Positions 9,008-18,223 of a stretch of 47,498 nucleotides of DNA are shown one piece after another. Below the pieces are notes generated by a model. That model did no database searches. It saw only the letters and a program-made list of their open reading frames with translations, and was not told where the DNA came from. A program made the translations under genes and the position numbers. The first letter of the stretch is position 1; each line of letters begins with the position of its first letter. Source of the DNA: Methanobacteriota archaeon (GTDB lineage Archaea; Thermoplasmatota; Thermoplasmata; RBG-16-68-12); contig VBLT01000106.1 in assembly GCA_005878615.1 (NCBI GenBank), positions 1 to 47,498 of the forward strand, in the 5' to 3' direction.

Positions 9008-10026
9008 AGGACCGCTTCCTCCGTGCGTGTTGGCGAGAGCCGGTAGACCGAACGCCCGTCTGGTTCATGCGTCAAGCAGGTCGGTCCTCCCCCGCGTATC
9101 GCGCGATCCGGGAAAAGCACGGAATCCTCGAAATTGCGAAATCACCGGATTTGGCCACGGAGGTCACCCTTCAGCCTCTACGGGAGCTGGGGGTGGACGC
9201 CGCGATTCTCTTCGCGGACCTCCTATTACCCCTGGAGGCGATGGGGATGCGAGTGCGAATCGACGGCGGGGAGGGGCCCGTCGTCGAGCCCCCGCTCCGG
9301 ACGCCGGAGGACGTCGACCGACTCCGCCCCCTCGAACCGACGAAAGGCTTGCCCTTCGTCTTCGAGACGATTCGCCGTTTGCGGGCCAAGGCCGGGGTCC
9401 CGCTCATTGGATTCGCGGGGGCGCCCTTCACGATGGCGAGTTACCTGATCGAAGGGGGGGCCTCGAAGGACTTCTCCGCGACGAAGACGTTCATGGCGTC
9501 TCACCCGGACGCGTGGCGTCAGCTGATGGGTCGACTCGTCGATGGGGTCGGCGCGTTTCTAAGGGAGCAGGTCAAGGCCGGCGTTCAGGCGATTCAAGTC
9601 TTCGACAGCTGGGCGGGGGCCGTTGGGAAGGAGGGCTACCAGGCGAACGTACTCCCATACAGCCGGAAACTCTTCGATGAGATCCGAGAGACCGGCGTCC
9701 CACTCATTCACTTTGGGACCGGCACGGCCGATTTCCTGGAGTCTTTCACCGCGGCGGGAGGAGACCTGATCGGGGTCGACTGGCGCATTCCGATCGACGC
9801 CGCGTGGCAGCGGATCGGAGCGGAACACGGGATCCAGGGGAATCTGGATCCTACGGCCCTCGTCCGCGGTCCCGAGATCTGGAGGCCCGCGGCGACGGAC
9901 ATTCTGCGCCGCGCCGCGCGGCGCCCTGGCCATGTGTTCAACTTGGGACACGGCGTCCTGCCGCAGACCCAACAGGAGGACCTCCGAGGCCTCGTGAACT
10001 TCGTCCACGAATCGAGTCGAATCTGA
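9004..10026 (+). CDS. hemE: uroporphyrinogen decarboxylase
   Basis: PVWFMRQAGR, GFAGAPFT.ASY, FDSWAG, QGNLDP, FNLGHG. Confidence 0.97.
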   Translation: MKDRFLRACWREPVDRTPVWFMRQAGRSSPAYRAIREKHGILEIAKSPDLATEVTLQPLRELGVDAAILFADLLLPLEAMGMRVRIDGGEGPVVEPPLRTPEDVDRLRPLEPTKGLPFVFETIRRLRAKAGVPLIGFAGAPFTMASYLIEGGASKDFSATKTFMASHPDAWRQLMGRLVDGVGAFLREQVKAGVQAIQVFDSWAGAVGKEGYQANVLPYSRKLFDEIRETGVPLIHFGTGTADFLESFTAAGGDLIGVDWRIPIDAAWQRIGAEHGIQGNLDPTALVRGPEIWRPAATDILRRAARRPGHVFNLGHGVLPQTQQEDLRGLVNFVHESSRI

Positions 10027-10040
10027 GGAGGACACCAAGG

Positions 10041-11066
10041 ATGGTCGACGATCACAAGCGGATTGGCGTCCTGTTGACGGCGGTGGGAGGTCCGGCGTCG
10101 CTCGACGAGGTCGGTCCGTTCCTGCTCGATATCCGGGGGGGACGGCCGACGAGCCAGGAACTCATCGACGAATTCCGGGAGCGGTACCGTCAGATCGGAG
10201 GAAAATCCCCCCTCCTCGAGATTTCACAAGCTCAGGCGACCACCCTTGAACGCCGCCTCAACGGCGGCGATGGCCCCTACCGCTGTCGGGTGGGGATGCG
10301 GAATTGGCGACCCTACATCCGTGACGTCCTTCCCGAGCTCGTCGAGGAAGGCCTCGGCCGGCTCGTCATCTTGCCCTTGACGCCCTACTACTCCCGTCGG
10401 AGCGTAGGGGCGTACTTCGCCGCGGTCAAGGACGTCCTTCGGACCCTCGCCGAGCCACCTGACGTCGCGTACGTCGAAAGCTGGAACACCGAACCCGCGC
10501 TCGCGGGGATGTTTGCTTCGAAAATCCGAGCCGGTCTCGAGCGGCTCGCGGCCCAAGGATATCGCGACCCGGTCGTGGTCTTCACCGCCCACAGCCTCCC
10601 GAAGAAGCTCATGGAGGAAGGGGACCCCTATGAACGGGAACTGGCCGAAACTATGGATTCGGTCCTCCATCGCCTCGGGCCCCTCCGGACACGGATGGCC
10701 TGGCAGAGCGCCGGCCGAACCGGAGAAGCGTGGCTGGGCCCCGGCCTTGAGGAGGTCCTCGAGGAACTTGCCAATACGCGAGAGGAGGCCGTCCTCGTCG
10801 TTCCGTTCGGATTCATCTCCGACCACTTAGAGATCCTCTACGACGTGGACCTCGAGGCGAAGGAGTTCGCCAAAGACCGGGGCATGCACCTCGAGCGCAC
10901 GGACTCCCCGAACACAGATGTCGAATTCATCGAAGCGATGGCGAGTGCCGTTCGCTCGGTCGCTCCTCCACCCTCGGGTTGGACCTCGCCTGCCGCCCAC
11001 CCTTCCCACCTGAAAAAGCTGGGGATCTTGGGACTCGACGCTCAGGAGTTCCGAGGCCCTCGCTGA
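10041..11066 (+). CDS. hemH: ferrochelatase (probably coproporphyrin ferrochelatase CpfC)
   Basis: Y..IGGKSPL, GMRNW.PYI, FTAHSLP, GDPY, WQS...WLGP, GFISDHLEILYDVD. Confidence 0.95.
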   Translation: MVDDHKRIGVLLTAVGGPASLDEVGPFLLDIRGGRPTSQELIDEFRERYRQIGGKSPLLEISQAQATTLERRLNGGDGPYRCRVGMRNWRPYIRDVLPELVEEGLGRLVILPLTPYYSRRSVGAYFAAVKDVLRTLAEPPDVAYVESWNTEPALAGMFASKIRAGLERLAAQGYRDPVVVFTAHSLPKKLMEEGDPYERELAETMDSVLHRLGPLRTRMAWQSAGRTGEAWLGPGLEEVLEELANTREEAVLVVPFGFISDHLEILYDVDLEAKEFAKDRGMHLERTDSPNTDVEFIEAMASAVRSVAPPPSGWTSPAAHPSHLKKLGILGLDAQEFRGPR

Positions 11067-11097
11067 TTGCGCGTCGGCCAGCTGAGGTTCGTGTTCG

Positions 11098-11118
11098 GGG
11101 TCAAATCCCACCCGGTCC
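11098..11118 (+). repeat. direct repeat of tRNA-Ala 3' end (att-like)
   Basis: 11101-11118 TCAAATCCCACCCGGTCC identical (18/18) to tRNA 173-190; 20/21 over 170-190. Confidence 0.9.
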
Positions 11119-11190
11119 CCTTTCGGACCTGGCGGCGGACGGTGGTGTCCTGGCGGCCCCCGGCAACGAGGGCGAGCACCGCGCGAACGT

Positions 11191-11203
11191 AGGGATAAAT
11201 ATA
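11191..11203 (+). promoter_or_regulatory. putative TATA box for a leaderless Tag-like gene
   Basis: AGGG-ATAAATATA, ending 22 nt before ATG 11225. Confidence 0.55.
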
Positions 11204-11224
11204 GCGAACAAGGTCGGTGTCTCC

Positions 11225-11689
11225 ATGCCGGGATGGAAAGCGGCTCCTCCGAAGGATGACCACGGGTATCTCGACCTGATGTCCAGGGCGATCTTCAGCG
11301 CGGGCTTGAATTGGCGAATGATTGAGAAAAAGTGGCCCCACTTTCGAAAGGCGTTTCGTGATTTCTCACCGGAGAAGGTCGCGCGGCTATCGGAGCGCGA
11401 CATCCGGGCGTTGATGCAGGATTCGGGAATCGTCCGGAACGAAAAGAAAATCCGTGCGACGGTCGAGAACGCCAGGACGATTTTGGACTTGGCGAAGGAG
11501 CACGGTTCTCTGAAGGGGTACATCGCCGGTTTCGGGAAGCGCGAAGGGAAGCTGCTGGAGGATCTCCAATACAAGTTCAAGCACATGGGCCCTGCGACCG
11601 CGAGGGTATTCCTCTGGTCGGTCGGATTTCCGCTCACTCCTAACGAGGAGGAGAAGCGGTGGATGAAGGGGCATCCGGAGCACGACTAG
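11225..11689 (+). CDS. short DNA-3-methyladenine glycosylase I (Tag)-like protein
   Basis: AGLNW..I.KKW..FRKAF..F, GIVRNEKKIRATVENA, FKHMGP; lacks the terminal Zn ligands of full-length Tag. Confidence 0.8.
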   Translation: MPGWKAAPPKDDHGYLDLMSRAIFSAGLNWRMIEKKWPHFRKAFRDFSPEKVARLSERDIRALMQDSGIVRNEKKIRATVENARTILDLAKEHGSLKGYIAGFGKREGKLLEDLQYKFKHMGPATARVFLWSVGFPLTPNEEEKRWMKGHPEHD

Positions 11690-11790
11690 CGCCAAACCTA
11701 GCCTGCAGTCTCGTCACGTTCTCGAATCAACTAGCGATAACCGCGTACTTGGAAAGGCCCGCGGGTCAAAGCGACCGCCTGCAACGTAGG

Positions 11791-13221
11791 CTAGTGTGAA
11801 CGAATGTCGAGCGCGTGCTCCATCGTGTGGTGGTAGTGCTCCGGCGGCATCAGGCTCAAACAAGCGCGTTCCACGACCTCGCTCAGCGCCGGATGGATGT
11901 GCATGCCCTCGCGCACGGGATCGACGCTCCGGTCCTTCGTGTACATGAGGTTGATCAGCTCTTGAATGAGGACGGATGCCTCCGGTCCGACGATGTGGGC
12001 GCCGAGGATCGCGTGTCCCCGACGGTCGACCACGACCTTGACGAAATAGTCCTTCAGGTCCATCGCCTCGCCCTTCGCGGTGTCTTGGTACTGGTAGAAG
12101 CCAATCAGGACATTCGCGGCCCCGAACTGCTGGACGGCCTCCGCTTCCTTCAGGCCGACGCTCGCGACCTCGGGATCGGTGAACACGGCATGCGGGACCG
12201 CATGGTAGTCCACCTTCCGTTTCTCTCCCCCGAGGATGTTGTAGTACAGGATCTGCGCGTCGTAGTTCGCCTTGTGCTTGAAGGGGAATTTTCCGGTCGC
12301 ATCACCTAACGCCCATACGTTCGGTTGGGACGTCGCGAGGTACTCGTCCGTCACGATCCAGCCGTTCACATCGGTCTTGATCCCTGCGCGTTCAGGATGG
12401 AGGATCCGGACCGGGCCGCGGCCTGCGGCCACGAGAATTTCATCGGCCATGACTACGGTTTCTTTCTTCGTCGCCCGATCCCGCGCTCGAAGGCGCTTCC
12501 CTTCGCCCGTTCGGGTCACCTCGCCGACCTCGTAGTTCGTCTCGATCCGCATGACCTCGCTCAGGTGCGTTCGGGCGACTCGGGAGATTTCGGGCTCCTC
12601 CTCCGGGAGGAACTGGGGATTCCTCCCGAGGATCGTGACGGCCGCCCCCATCGCGGCCAGGAAGAATCCGTACTCCGCGGCGATATACCCGCCTCCGATC
12701 ACCGCGACGCGCGGGGGAAGCTTTCGAATTCCCAGGACCGTGTCGCTCGTGAGGTAGCCGGCCTCCACGAGGCCTGGAATCTCAGGGACAATCGGTTCCG
12801 AGCCGGCGCCGAGGAGGATCTTGGATCCCCTGATCTCGGTGCCGTCGACGCGCATCGTGTAAGGCGCCATGAATTCCGCGGGCGCATGGAAGTAGTCGAG
12901 GTTCTTGGAACTCGACAGCCCCTTGCGGATCTGGTCGATGTCCTTGTGAATCAGGGCATGCATGCGCTCCATCACCTTGACGAAGTCGACGGACCGCAGT
13001 TCGACATCGAGTCCGAAGCCGCGGGCCCTCCGGATCGTCCGGACGAGTTCCGCGGGGTAGAGCAAGATCTTGGAAGGGATGCACCCGCGGGTCAGGCAGA
13101 TCCCGCCCGGCTCGTCCCTGTCGATGACCGCGACCTTGATCCGAGGATTCGCTTCGATCATGGCCTCAACGACCGCCATGACCGATCCGGTGCCCACCGC
13201 AATGACGTCGTATTCTCTCAT
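11791..13221 (-). CDS. dihydrolipoamide dehydrogenase / mycothione-reductase-like pyridine nucleotide-disulfide oxidoreductase
   Basis: GGICLTRGCIPSK redox disulfide, GGGYIAAE, WALGD, HIHPALSE. Confidence 0.9.
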   Translation of the reverse strand: MREYDVIAVGTGSVMAVVEAMIEANPRIKVAVIDRDEPGGICLTRGCIPSKILLYPAELVRTIRRARGFGLDVELRSVDFVKVMERMHALIHKDIDQIRKGLSSSKNLDYFHAPAEFMAPYTMRVDGTEIRGSKILLGAGSEPIVPEIPGLVEAGYLTSDTVLGIRKLPPRVAVIGGGYIAAEYGFFLAAMGAAVTILGRNPQFLPEEEPEISRVARTHLSEVMRIETNYEVGEVTRTGEGKRLRARDRATKKETVVMADEILVAAGRGPVRILHPERAGIKTDVNGWIVTDEYLATSQPNVWALGDATGKFPFKHKANYDAQILYYNILGGEKRKVDYHAVPHAVFTDPEVASVGLKEAEAVQQFGAANVLIGFYQYQDTAKGEAMDLKDYFVKVVVDRRGHAILGAHIVGPEASVLIQELINLMYTKDRSVDPVREGMHIHPALSEVVERACLSLMPPEHYHHTMEHALDIRSH

Positions 13222-13604
13222 TCGCTCCCCTGGGCCCGAGGCCACAGGGAGCCGTTAATGCCTTCGGTGCACTGCACGATGTCGTCCTCAGAATATACGA
13301 ATCGCCGTGATGGGAGCTGGAGGCGTCGTGGAACGCGGAAGCGACTCGATGTTGATGCCTTGACCGTCGCGGTGGTGAGGCTTGGAGCGAGACACGGGTT
13401 GTCCACGCCTGTCAATTCGTTCATTCATGATCTGTTGAAGCTTTAGGACGAAGAGTGTCGAAGGCGGCCGGCAACGCCGCATGTTCGAGACAAGACGGAT
13501 TGAACGCAGCCGGATGAGGTGCGGAGTCCAATCTGCACCCGACGGGCCTCACCGCATGGCGAAACGCTTTAGGCGGGGCATGTGTCCGGGGCGCGAGGCA
13601 CTCT

Positions 13605-14654
13605 GTGGGGCGAGCTAGGACCTTCATATGGCCCATCGTTTGGGTGCTCGCGGTGACAGTGTCCCTCGGCATCGCAGGCCCGACCACCGCGGCCCTTCAG
13701 AAGCCGACCTATTCGACGGGCGATCACTGGATCTACATCACGACCGCGTCGATTTCCTCGTTCCCGGGCCTGAACTCCAGCCAAGGCAGCGGCCAATTCG
13801 GGCTCGTCGGTCAGGTCGAGGTTCGCGTGATCGGTCCCGCGGAAGTGCCGCGAGGGAACACGTCGGTGCACACGGTCCAGGTCCTCACGCGCGCGACGGG
13901 ATTCCTCAACGGGACGTTCCGGACGCCCGGTTTCGGGCCCGCGGACATCACCGGGACCTTCACGACGGATATGACCGAGTTCTGGGAAAATCAAGCCTAC
14001 CTCCCGATCGCATCGACCGGGACGACGTCCTACGTTGCCCATGTGACGTACATCCTCCCGACGGACCTCGTCGTCAATTTCCGCGCGAACGCGACGACGT
14101 CGATTTCAGCGGTGCCGACCTTCGATCTCGACGTGGGACAGCATGCCTCGGCGAATCTGGTCACCCACGTCGACCTGAACTCGACCTTCACCTTCTTCGG
14201 GCAGACGAGGAGCCAGAGGAACGCGACCGACCTGTCGTCGACGTGGCAGCGCGACGTGCTCTCTCGGGAAAACGTGACGGTGGAAGCGGGCACATTCTCC
14301 TCCTACCGGCTGAATCAGACGGCCGCGGGATTCTCAGGGCTTCCCCTCGGGATCTCGGCGGGCAACGAGACGGCCTTCTTCTCGAACGACGTCGGGTATT
14401 ACACGAAACGCGAGGCCTACGAGAACGGCAGCCGCGTCGGGGAGACGCGACTGAAGTCTTACTCGTTCGGATCGGCGCCGCCCTCTTGGCTCGGTACCTG
14501 GGGCCTCCCTCTACTTGTCATCGCGGTCGTGGCGGGGACTCTCCTCGCGATCGTCTTCTGGCGACGCCGAAAGTCTCGAATCCGACGACGGGCATCGCCG
14601 CCGGCCCCGGCCGATGCTCCGGGGTCCGGGGGAGGGAACGATCGTGCTCGTTGA
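13605..14654 (+). CDS. exported beta-rich protein with C-terminal TM anchor
   Basis: N-terminal signal-like segment, T/S-rich body with ENVTVEAGTF motif, C-terminal TM followed by RRRK. Confidence 0.75.
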   Translation: MGRARTFIWPIVWVLAVTVSLGIAGPTTAALQKPTYSTGDHWIYITTASISSFPGLNSSQGSGQFGLVGQVEVRVIGPAEVPRGNTSVHTVQVLTRATGFLNGTFRTPGFGPADITGTFTTDMTEFWENQAYLPIASTGTTSYVAHVTYILPTDLVVNFRANATTSISAVPTFDLDVGQHASANLVTHVDLNSTFTFFGQTRSQRNATDLSSTWQRDVLSRENVTVEAGTFSSYRLNQTAAGFSGLPLGISAGNETAFFSNDVGYYTKREAYENGSRVGETRLKSYSFGSAPPSWLGTWGLPLLVIAVVAGTLLAIVFWRRRKSRIRRRASPPAPADAPGSGGGNDRAR

Positions 14655-15561
14655 GACCAAGAACCTCACGAAGGTCTTCGGCGAGGTCCGCGCCGTCGAC
14701 GACCTCACCGTCGCGATCCCGGAGGGAGCGATCGGACTCGTCGGCCCAAACGGCGCCGGCAAGACGACGTTCCTCCGGCTGCTCCTGAGCCTCCTCCAGC
14801 CCACCGCGGGGACTGCGAAGGTCCTCGGCCGCGACATCCTCGACGGCGTGCCGTTGCGCGAGCGCATCGGCTACATGCCCGAGCATGATTGTCTGATCCC
14901 GGACATGACGGGCGTCGGGCTCGTCGCCTTCATGGGCCGCGTGAGCGGGCTCGACGCCGACAGCGCGATCGGTCGCGCGCACGACGTGCTGCAGTTCGTC
15001 GGGGTCGAAGAAGAACGCTACCGCAAAGTCGCCGAATACTCGACAGGCATGAAGCAGAAGGTGAAGCTCGCCCAATCGATGGTTCACGACCCGCAGTTGT
15101 ACATCTTCGATGAGCCCACCACCGGCCTGGACCCGCGAGGCCGGACGGAAATGCTCGACCTGGTGCGCGCGATCGCGAGCTCGCCGGGCCGTAACGTCAT
15201 CTTGTCGAGCCACCTCCTGCCCGACGTCGAGACAATCTGCAAATACGTCGTGATCTTGGATGGCGGGCATCAAATCGCCGCGGGGGACTTACACGATCTC
15301 CTGACCGGTGCCGCGGACCGACTCCGGATCGACATCCGCGGCGACCACGAGGCCTTTGCCCAACGGCTCCGGGAGACGGGCTTTGAGGCGGAAGCGGGCC
15401 CGACCGGCGTCCACGTGGGACGGCGACCTGGGGTCGAGGCCGAGGTCTTCCAGGCCGCGAGGGCCCTCGGGGCCGAGGTCCGGTACATGGGCCGGGAGAT
15501 CCGGAGTCTCGAGGAATTCTTCCTCGAACTCGTCGCCCGGAACGAAGGGAAAGGTGCGTAG
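14644..15561 (+). CDS. ABC transporter ATP-binding protein (ABC-2 exporter type)
   Basis: GPNGAGKTT, YSTGMKQK, FDEPTTGLD, SSH. Confidence 0.95.
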   Translation: MLVETKNLTKVFGEVRAVDDLTVAIPEGAIGLVGPNGAGKTTFLRLLLSLLQPTAGTAKVLGRDILDGVPLRERIGYMPEHDCLIPDMTGVGLVAFMGRVSGLDADSAIGRAHDVLQFVGVEEERYRKVAEYSTGMKQKVKLAQSMVHDPQLYIFDEPTTGLDPRGRTEMLDLVRAIASSPGRNVILSSHLLPDVETICKYVVILDGGHQIAAGDLHDLLTGAADRLRIDIRGDHEAFAQRLRETGFEAEAGPTGVHVGRRPGVEAEVFQAARALGAEVRYMGREIRSLEEFFLELVARNEGKGA

Positions 15562-16401
15562 ATGTCGATCTCGCTCCCGACCTACACGCGCCGCGAGATG
15601 CCCCTCCTCGGGCGGCGGCATCGCGTCCGCGCGATCATCACGACCGGGCTCCGTCGGGAATTCAAGCGCCCCGCGGTCCTCGTCGTCATCGGGATCGGCG
15701 TCGGCGTCACGATCATCACTTCCATCGTCGTCGTCCTCTTCGCGGGCGTGTTCCTCCAGGGCCAGCCGCTCGACCTGAGCTTCTTCTTCACGCCCGCGTC
15801 GAACGGTGCGATCCTCTTCTTCGTGACGCTGATGGCCTCCGTCGTCGGGTCCGCGCTGATCGCGGACGATCTCCAGTCGATGGCCTTGACGCTCTACCTG
15901 AGCCGACCGATCACGGAAGGGGACTACCTCGCCGCGAAAGCGGCGATCCTCGCCCCGATGATCTCGATGATCGCGGTCTTCCCGCTCGTCCTCACGCCCC
16001 TCGTCGCGGCCCTCCTCGGCTCGTTCTCCTGGACGATCGCACTCGAGGCCATTGGCCTCTCGTTCTTGATCGGCTCCCTCTTCACCGCGTTCTACACCGC
16101 CGCGACGTTGGCCCTCTCGAGCCTCACCCGTCGCAAGAGCTACGCGGCCGCGGGGGTCTTCGCCCTGACCTTCGGTCTGACCATCCCGGCGGAGATCCTC
16201 GCAGGCCCGCCTTTCAACAATCCAGCGGTGCTCTACGCATCGCCGTGGGAAAACTACCTCGCGGTGGCCCGCGCGGCCTTTGGCGCAACGGGCGCGCCGA
16301 TCGATTGGCGTTGGTCCCTCGCGATCCTGCTCGCGGCCACGGCGATCGCGGCCCTCGCCACCTACCTCCGGATGAAGTTCGTCGAGGTGGTGTCCGGATG
16401 A
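15562..16401 (+). CDS. ABC-2 type permease
   Basis: About 6 hydrophobic segments, LYLSRPI...Y..AK motif. Confidence 0.88.
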   Translation: MSISLPTYTRREMPLLGRRHRVRAIITTGLRREFKRPAVLVVIGIGVGVTIITSIVVVLFAGVFLQGQPLDLSFFFTPASNGAILFFVTLMASVVGSALIADDLQSMALTLYLSRPITEGDYLAAKAAILAPMISMIAVFPLVLTPLVAALLGSFSWTIALEAIGLSFLIGSLFTAFYTAATLALSSLTRRKSYAAAGVFALTFGLTIPAEILAGPPFNNPAVLYASPWENYLAVARAAFGATGAPIDWRWSLAILLAATAIAALATYLRMKFVEVVSG

Positions 16402-17318
16402 CCGGTGTCGTCGAGGCGGCGGGCATCTCGAAGTGGTACGGCGAGGTCCTCGGCCTCAACGGCTTTTCGGCCTCGTTCGGCCCCGGCATCACGGGCCTCG
16501 TCGGTCCGAATGGCGCCGGCAAGAGCACGTTGTTCAAGCTCCTCATCGGCCAGCTGCATCCGGACCAGGGGACCTTGCGGCTCCTGGGCGAGAATCCGTG
16601 GAACAACGTCCCGGTGAAGAGGCGCCTCGGCTACTGCCCCGAGCACAACACGCTCTACGGCTGGCTCACCGGGCAGCAGTTCGTGGAAGCCCTCCTGCGA
16701 CTCGACGGGATGCCGCGTTCGCAGGCCGAAAAGGCCGCGGAAGACGCCCTGAAGCTCGTCGGTCTCTCGAGCGCGGCGCAGCGTCCCACCCGGACCTATA
16801 GCCGCGGGATGCGCCAACGAGCGAAACTCGCCCAGGCGCTCGCCCACCGACCGGAGATCCTGATCCTCGACGAGCCGCTCTCGGGCGCCGACCCGCTGGC
16901 CCGGGTCCAGATCCTCCGGACGATCTCGGAATTCGCGAAGGCCGGCGGTCACGTCCTCATGTCGACCCATGTGCTCTACGAGATCGAGCGCGTCACCAAC
17001 AACATCGTCCTCATCAACAACGGCAAGGCGATCGCATCGGGTGACATCCGCTCGATCCGTGCCTTGATCGACGAACATCCGCACGCCGTGCGCCTTGAGA
17101 CGCCGCAGCCGCGACAGCTCGCCCAGGCCCTCGCGCGGATGGACCATATCGTCTCGCTCGAGATTCCCGAAGACGAGGCCCTGCTCGTCCGGACTCGCAA
17201 GCCCGATGCCTTCTACCGCGAGCTCCCCGCGATCGTGGCGGATACCCGGCTGGAGGTCCGTGGCCTCGAAAGCCCGGACGATAGCCTCGACGCGGTCTTC
17301 CGATATCTGGTGGGGTGA
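16398..17318 (+). CDS. ABC transporter ATP-binding protein
   Basis: GPNGAGKST, YSRGMRQR, LDEPLSG, STH. Confidence 0.95.
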   Translation: MTGVVEAAGISKWYGEVLGLNGFSASFGPGITGLVGPNGAGKSTLFKLLIGQLHPDQGTLRLLGENPWNNVPVKRRLGYCPEHNTLYGWLTGQQFVEALLRLDGMPRSQAEKAAEDALKLVGLSSAAQRPTRTYSRGMRQRAKLAQALAHRPEILILDEPLSGADPLARVQILRTISEFAKAGGHVLMSTHVLYEIERVTNNIVLINNGKAIASGDIRSIRALIDEHPHAVRLETPQPRQLAQALARMDHIVSLEIPEDEALLVRTRKPDAFYRELPAIVADTRLEVRGLESPDDSLDAVFRYLVG

Positions 17319-17322
17319 TCGG

Positions 17323-18102
17323 ACGGGCCTCGCGGAAGCGGTTCGCAAGGTCTGGGTCGTCACCGGCCTGACCTTGCGGTATTTGTTGGGGACGCGACGG
17401 ATCATCGCGATGGCCCTGCTCTCCGCGGTGCCACTCATTCTCGCGGTGGGACTGGCGGCGGCTCGCGTCGCAAGTTTCGACGTCCTGCAGCTCTTCCAAG
17501 CCGTGATGGTGCCGCTCTTCCTCCAGGTCGTCCTCATCTTCGTGACGTTGGTGAACGCGACCTCCCTCATTCGGGAGGAAATCGACGACAACACGCTTCC
17601 GTTCCTCCTGACCCGCCCGATCTCGAAGCCTGCGATCGCGACGTACAAGTATCTCGGCTACCTCGCCGCGGTCCTCATCCTGCTGGTCCCACCGCTGGTC
17701 GTGGCGTACGGCGTGACCGAGGCGTACGGCGGGCTTTCGTTCACCACCGACCTCGACGTGTTGGGAGGGTTCCTCCTCGTAACGGTCCTCGGGAGTGCAG
17801 CCTACGGGGGCCTCTTCCTTTTCATCTCGGTCCTCGTCCGCAAGCCGCTCGCGGTCGGCCTGCTCATCGGCTTCGTCTGGGAGTCGATCGTGGGATCGAT
17901 TCCGGGGGACGTCCCGAAACTCAGCGTCATCCACTACCTGCGGACGATCTTGAAAGGGACGATCACGGTCAGTCCCCTCGCCGGATACCGCACGGACCTT
18001 TCCGTCGCGACGGCCGTCGGCATCCTCATCGCGTTTTCGATCGCGATGGTCATCCTCACGATCGCAGTCTTCCAACAGATGGAGTTCCGTCAGAAGGCGT
18101 GA
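17323..18102 (+). CDS. ABC-2 type permease (probable ACG start)
   Basis: About 6 TM segments, EIDDNTLPFLLTRPISK motif; start uncertain. Confidence 0.85.
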   Translation, partial: TGLAEAVRKVWVVTGLTLRYLLGTRRIIAMALLSAVPLILAVGLAAARVASFDVLQLFQAVMVPLFLQVVLIFVTLVNATSLIREEIDDNTLPFLLTRPISKPAIATYKYLGYLAAVLILLVPPLVVAYGVTEAYGGLSFTTDLDVLGGFLLVTVLGSAAYGGLFLFISVLVRKPLAVGLLIGFVWESIVGSIPGDVPKLSVIHYLRTILKGTITVSPLAGYRTDLSVATAVGILIAFSIAMVILTIAVFQQMEFRQKA

Positions 18103-18139
18103 CCCCTCTTTCGGAGCGGTCTGCGGATTCACAGTGCTC

Positions 18140-18220
18140 CCAATGAGATATATGGTCTATAGTCTTTATATTGTATTATCACATATATTCTTAAATAGTT
18201 AGTATGGTATACGACTCAAC
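18140..18220 (+). promoter_or_regulatory. AT-rich promoter/operator region upstream of Fic gene
   Basis: Strongly AT-rich tract in GC-rich DNA; TTAAATA about 27 nt before ATG 18224; imperfect inverted repeats. Confidence 0.55.
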
Positions 18221-18223
18221 TGG

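Noticed and set aside
11753-11778. Further weak tRNA-end-like matches (AGGCCCGCGGGTCAAAG; also GGTTCGATCC near 23586)
   Set aside because: They need gaps or are too short to distinguish from chance at this GC content.
15559-15564. In-frame TAG-ATG between ATPase and permease (possible amber/pyrrolysine readthrough)
   Set aside because: The permease has its own RBS (AAGGTG) and ATG, and there is no pyl evidence in the window.
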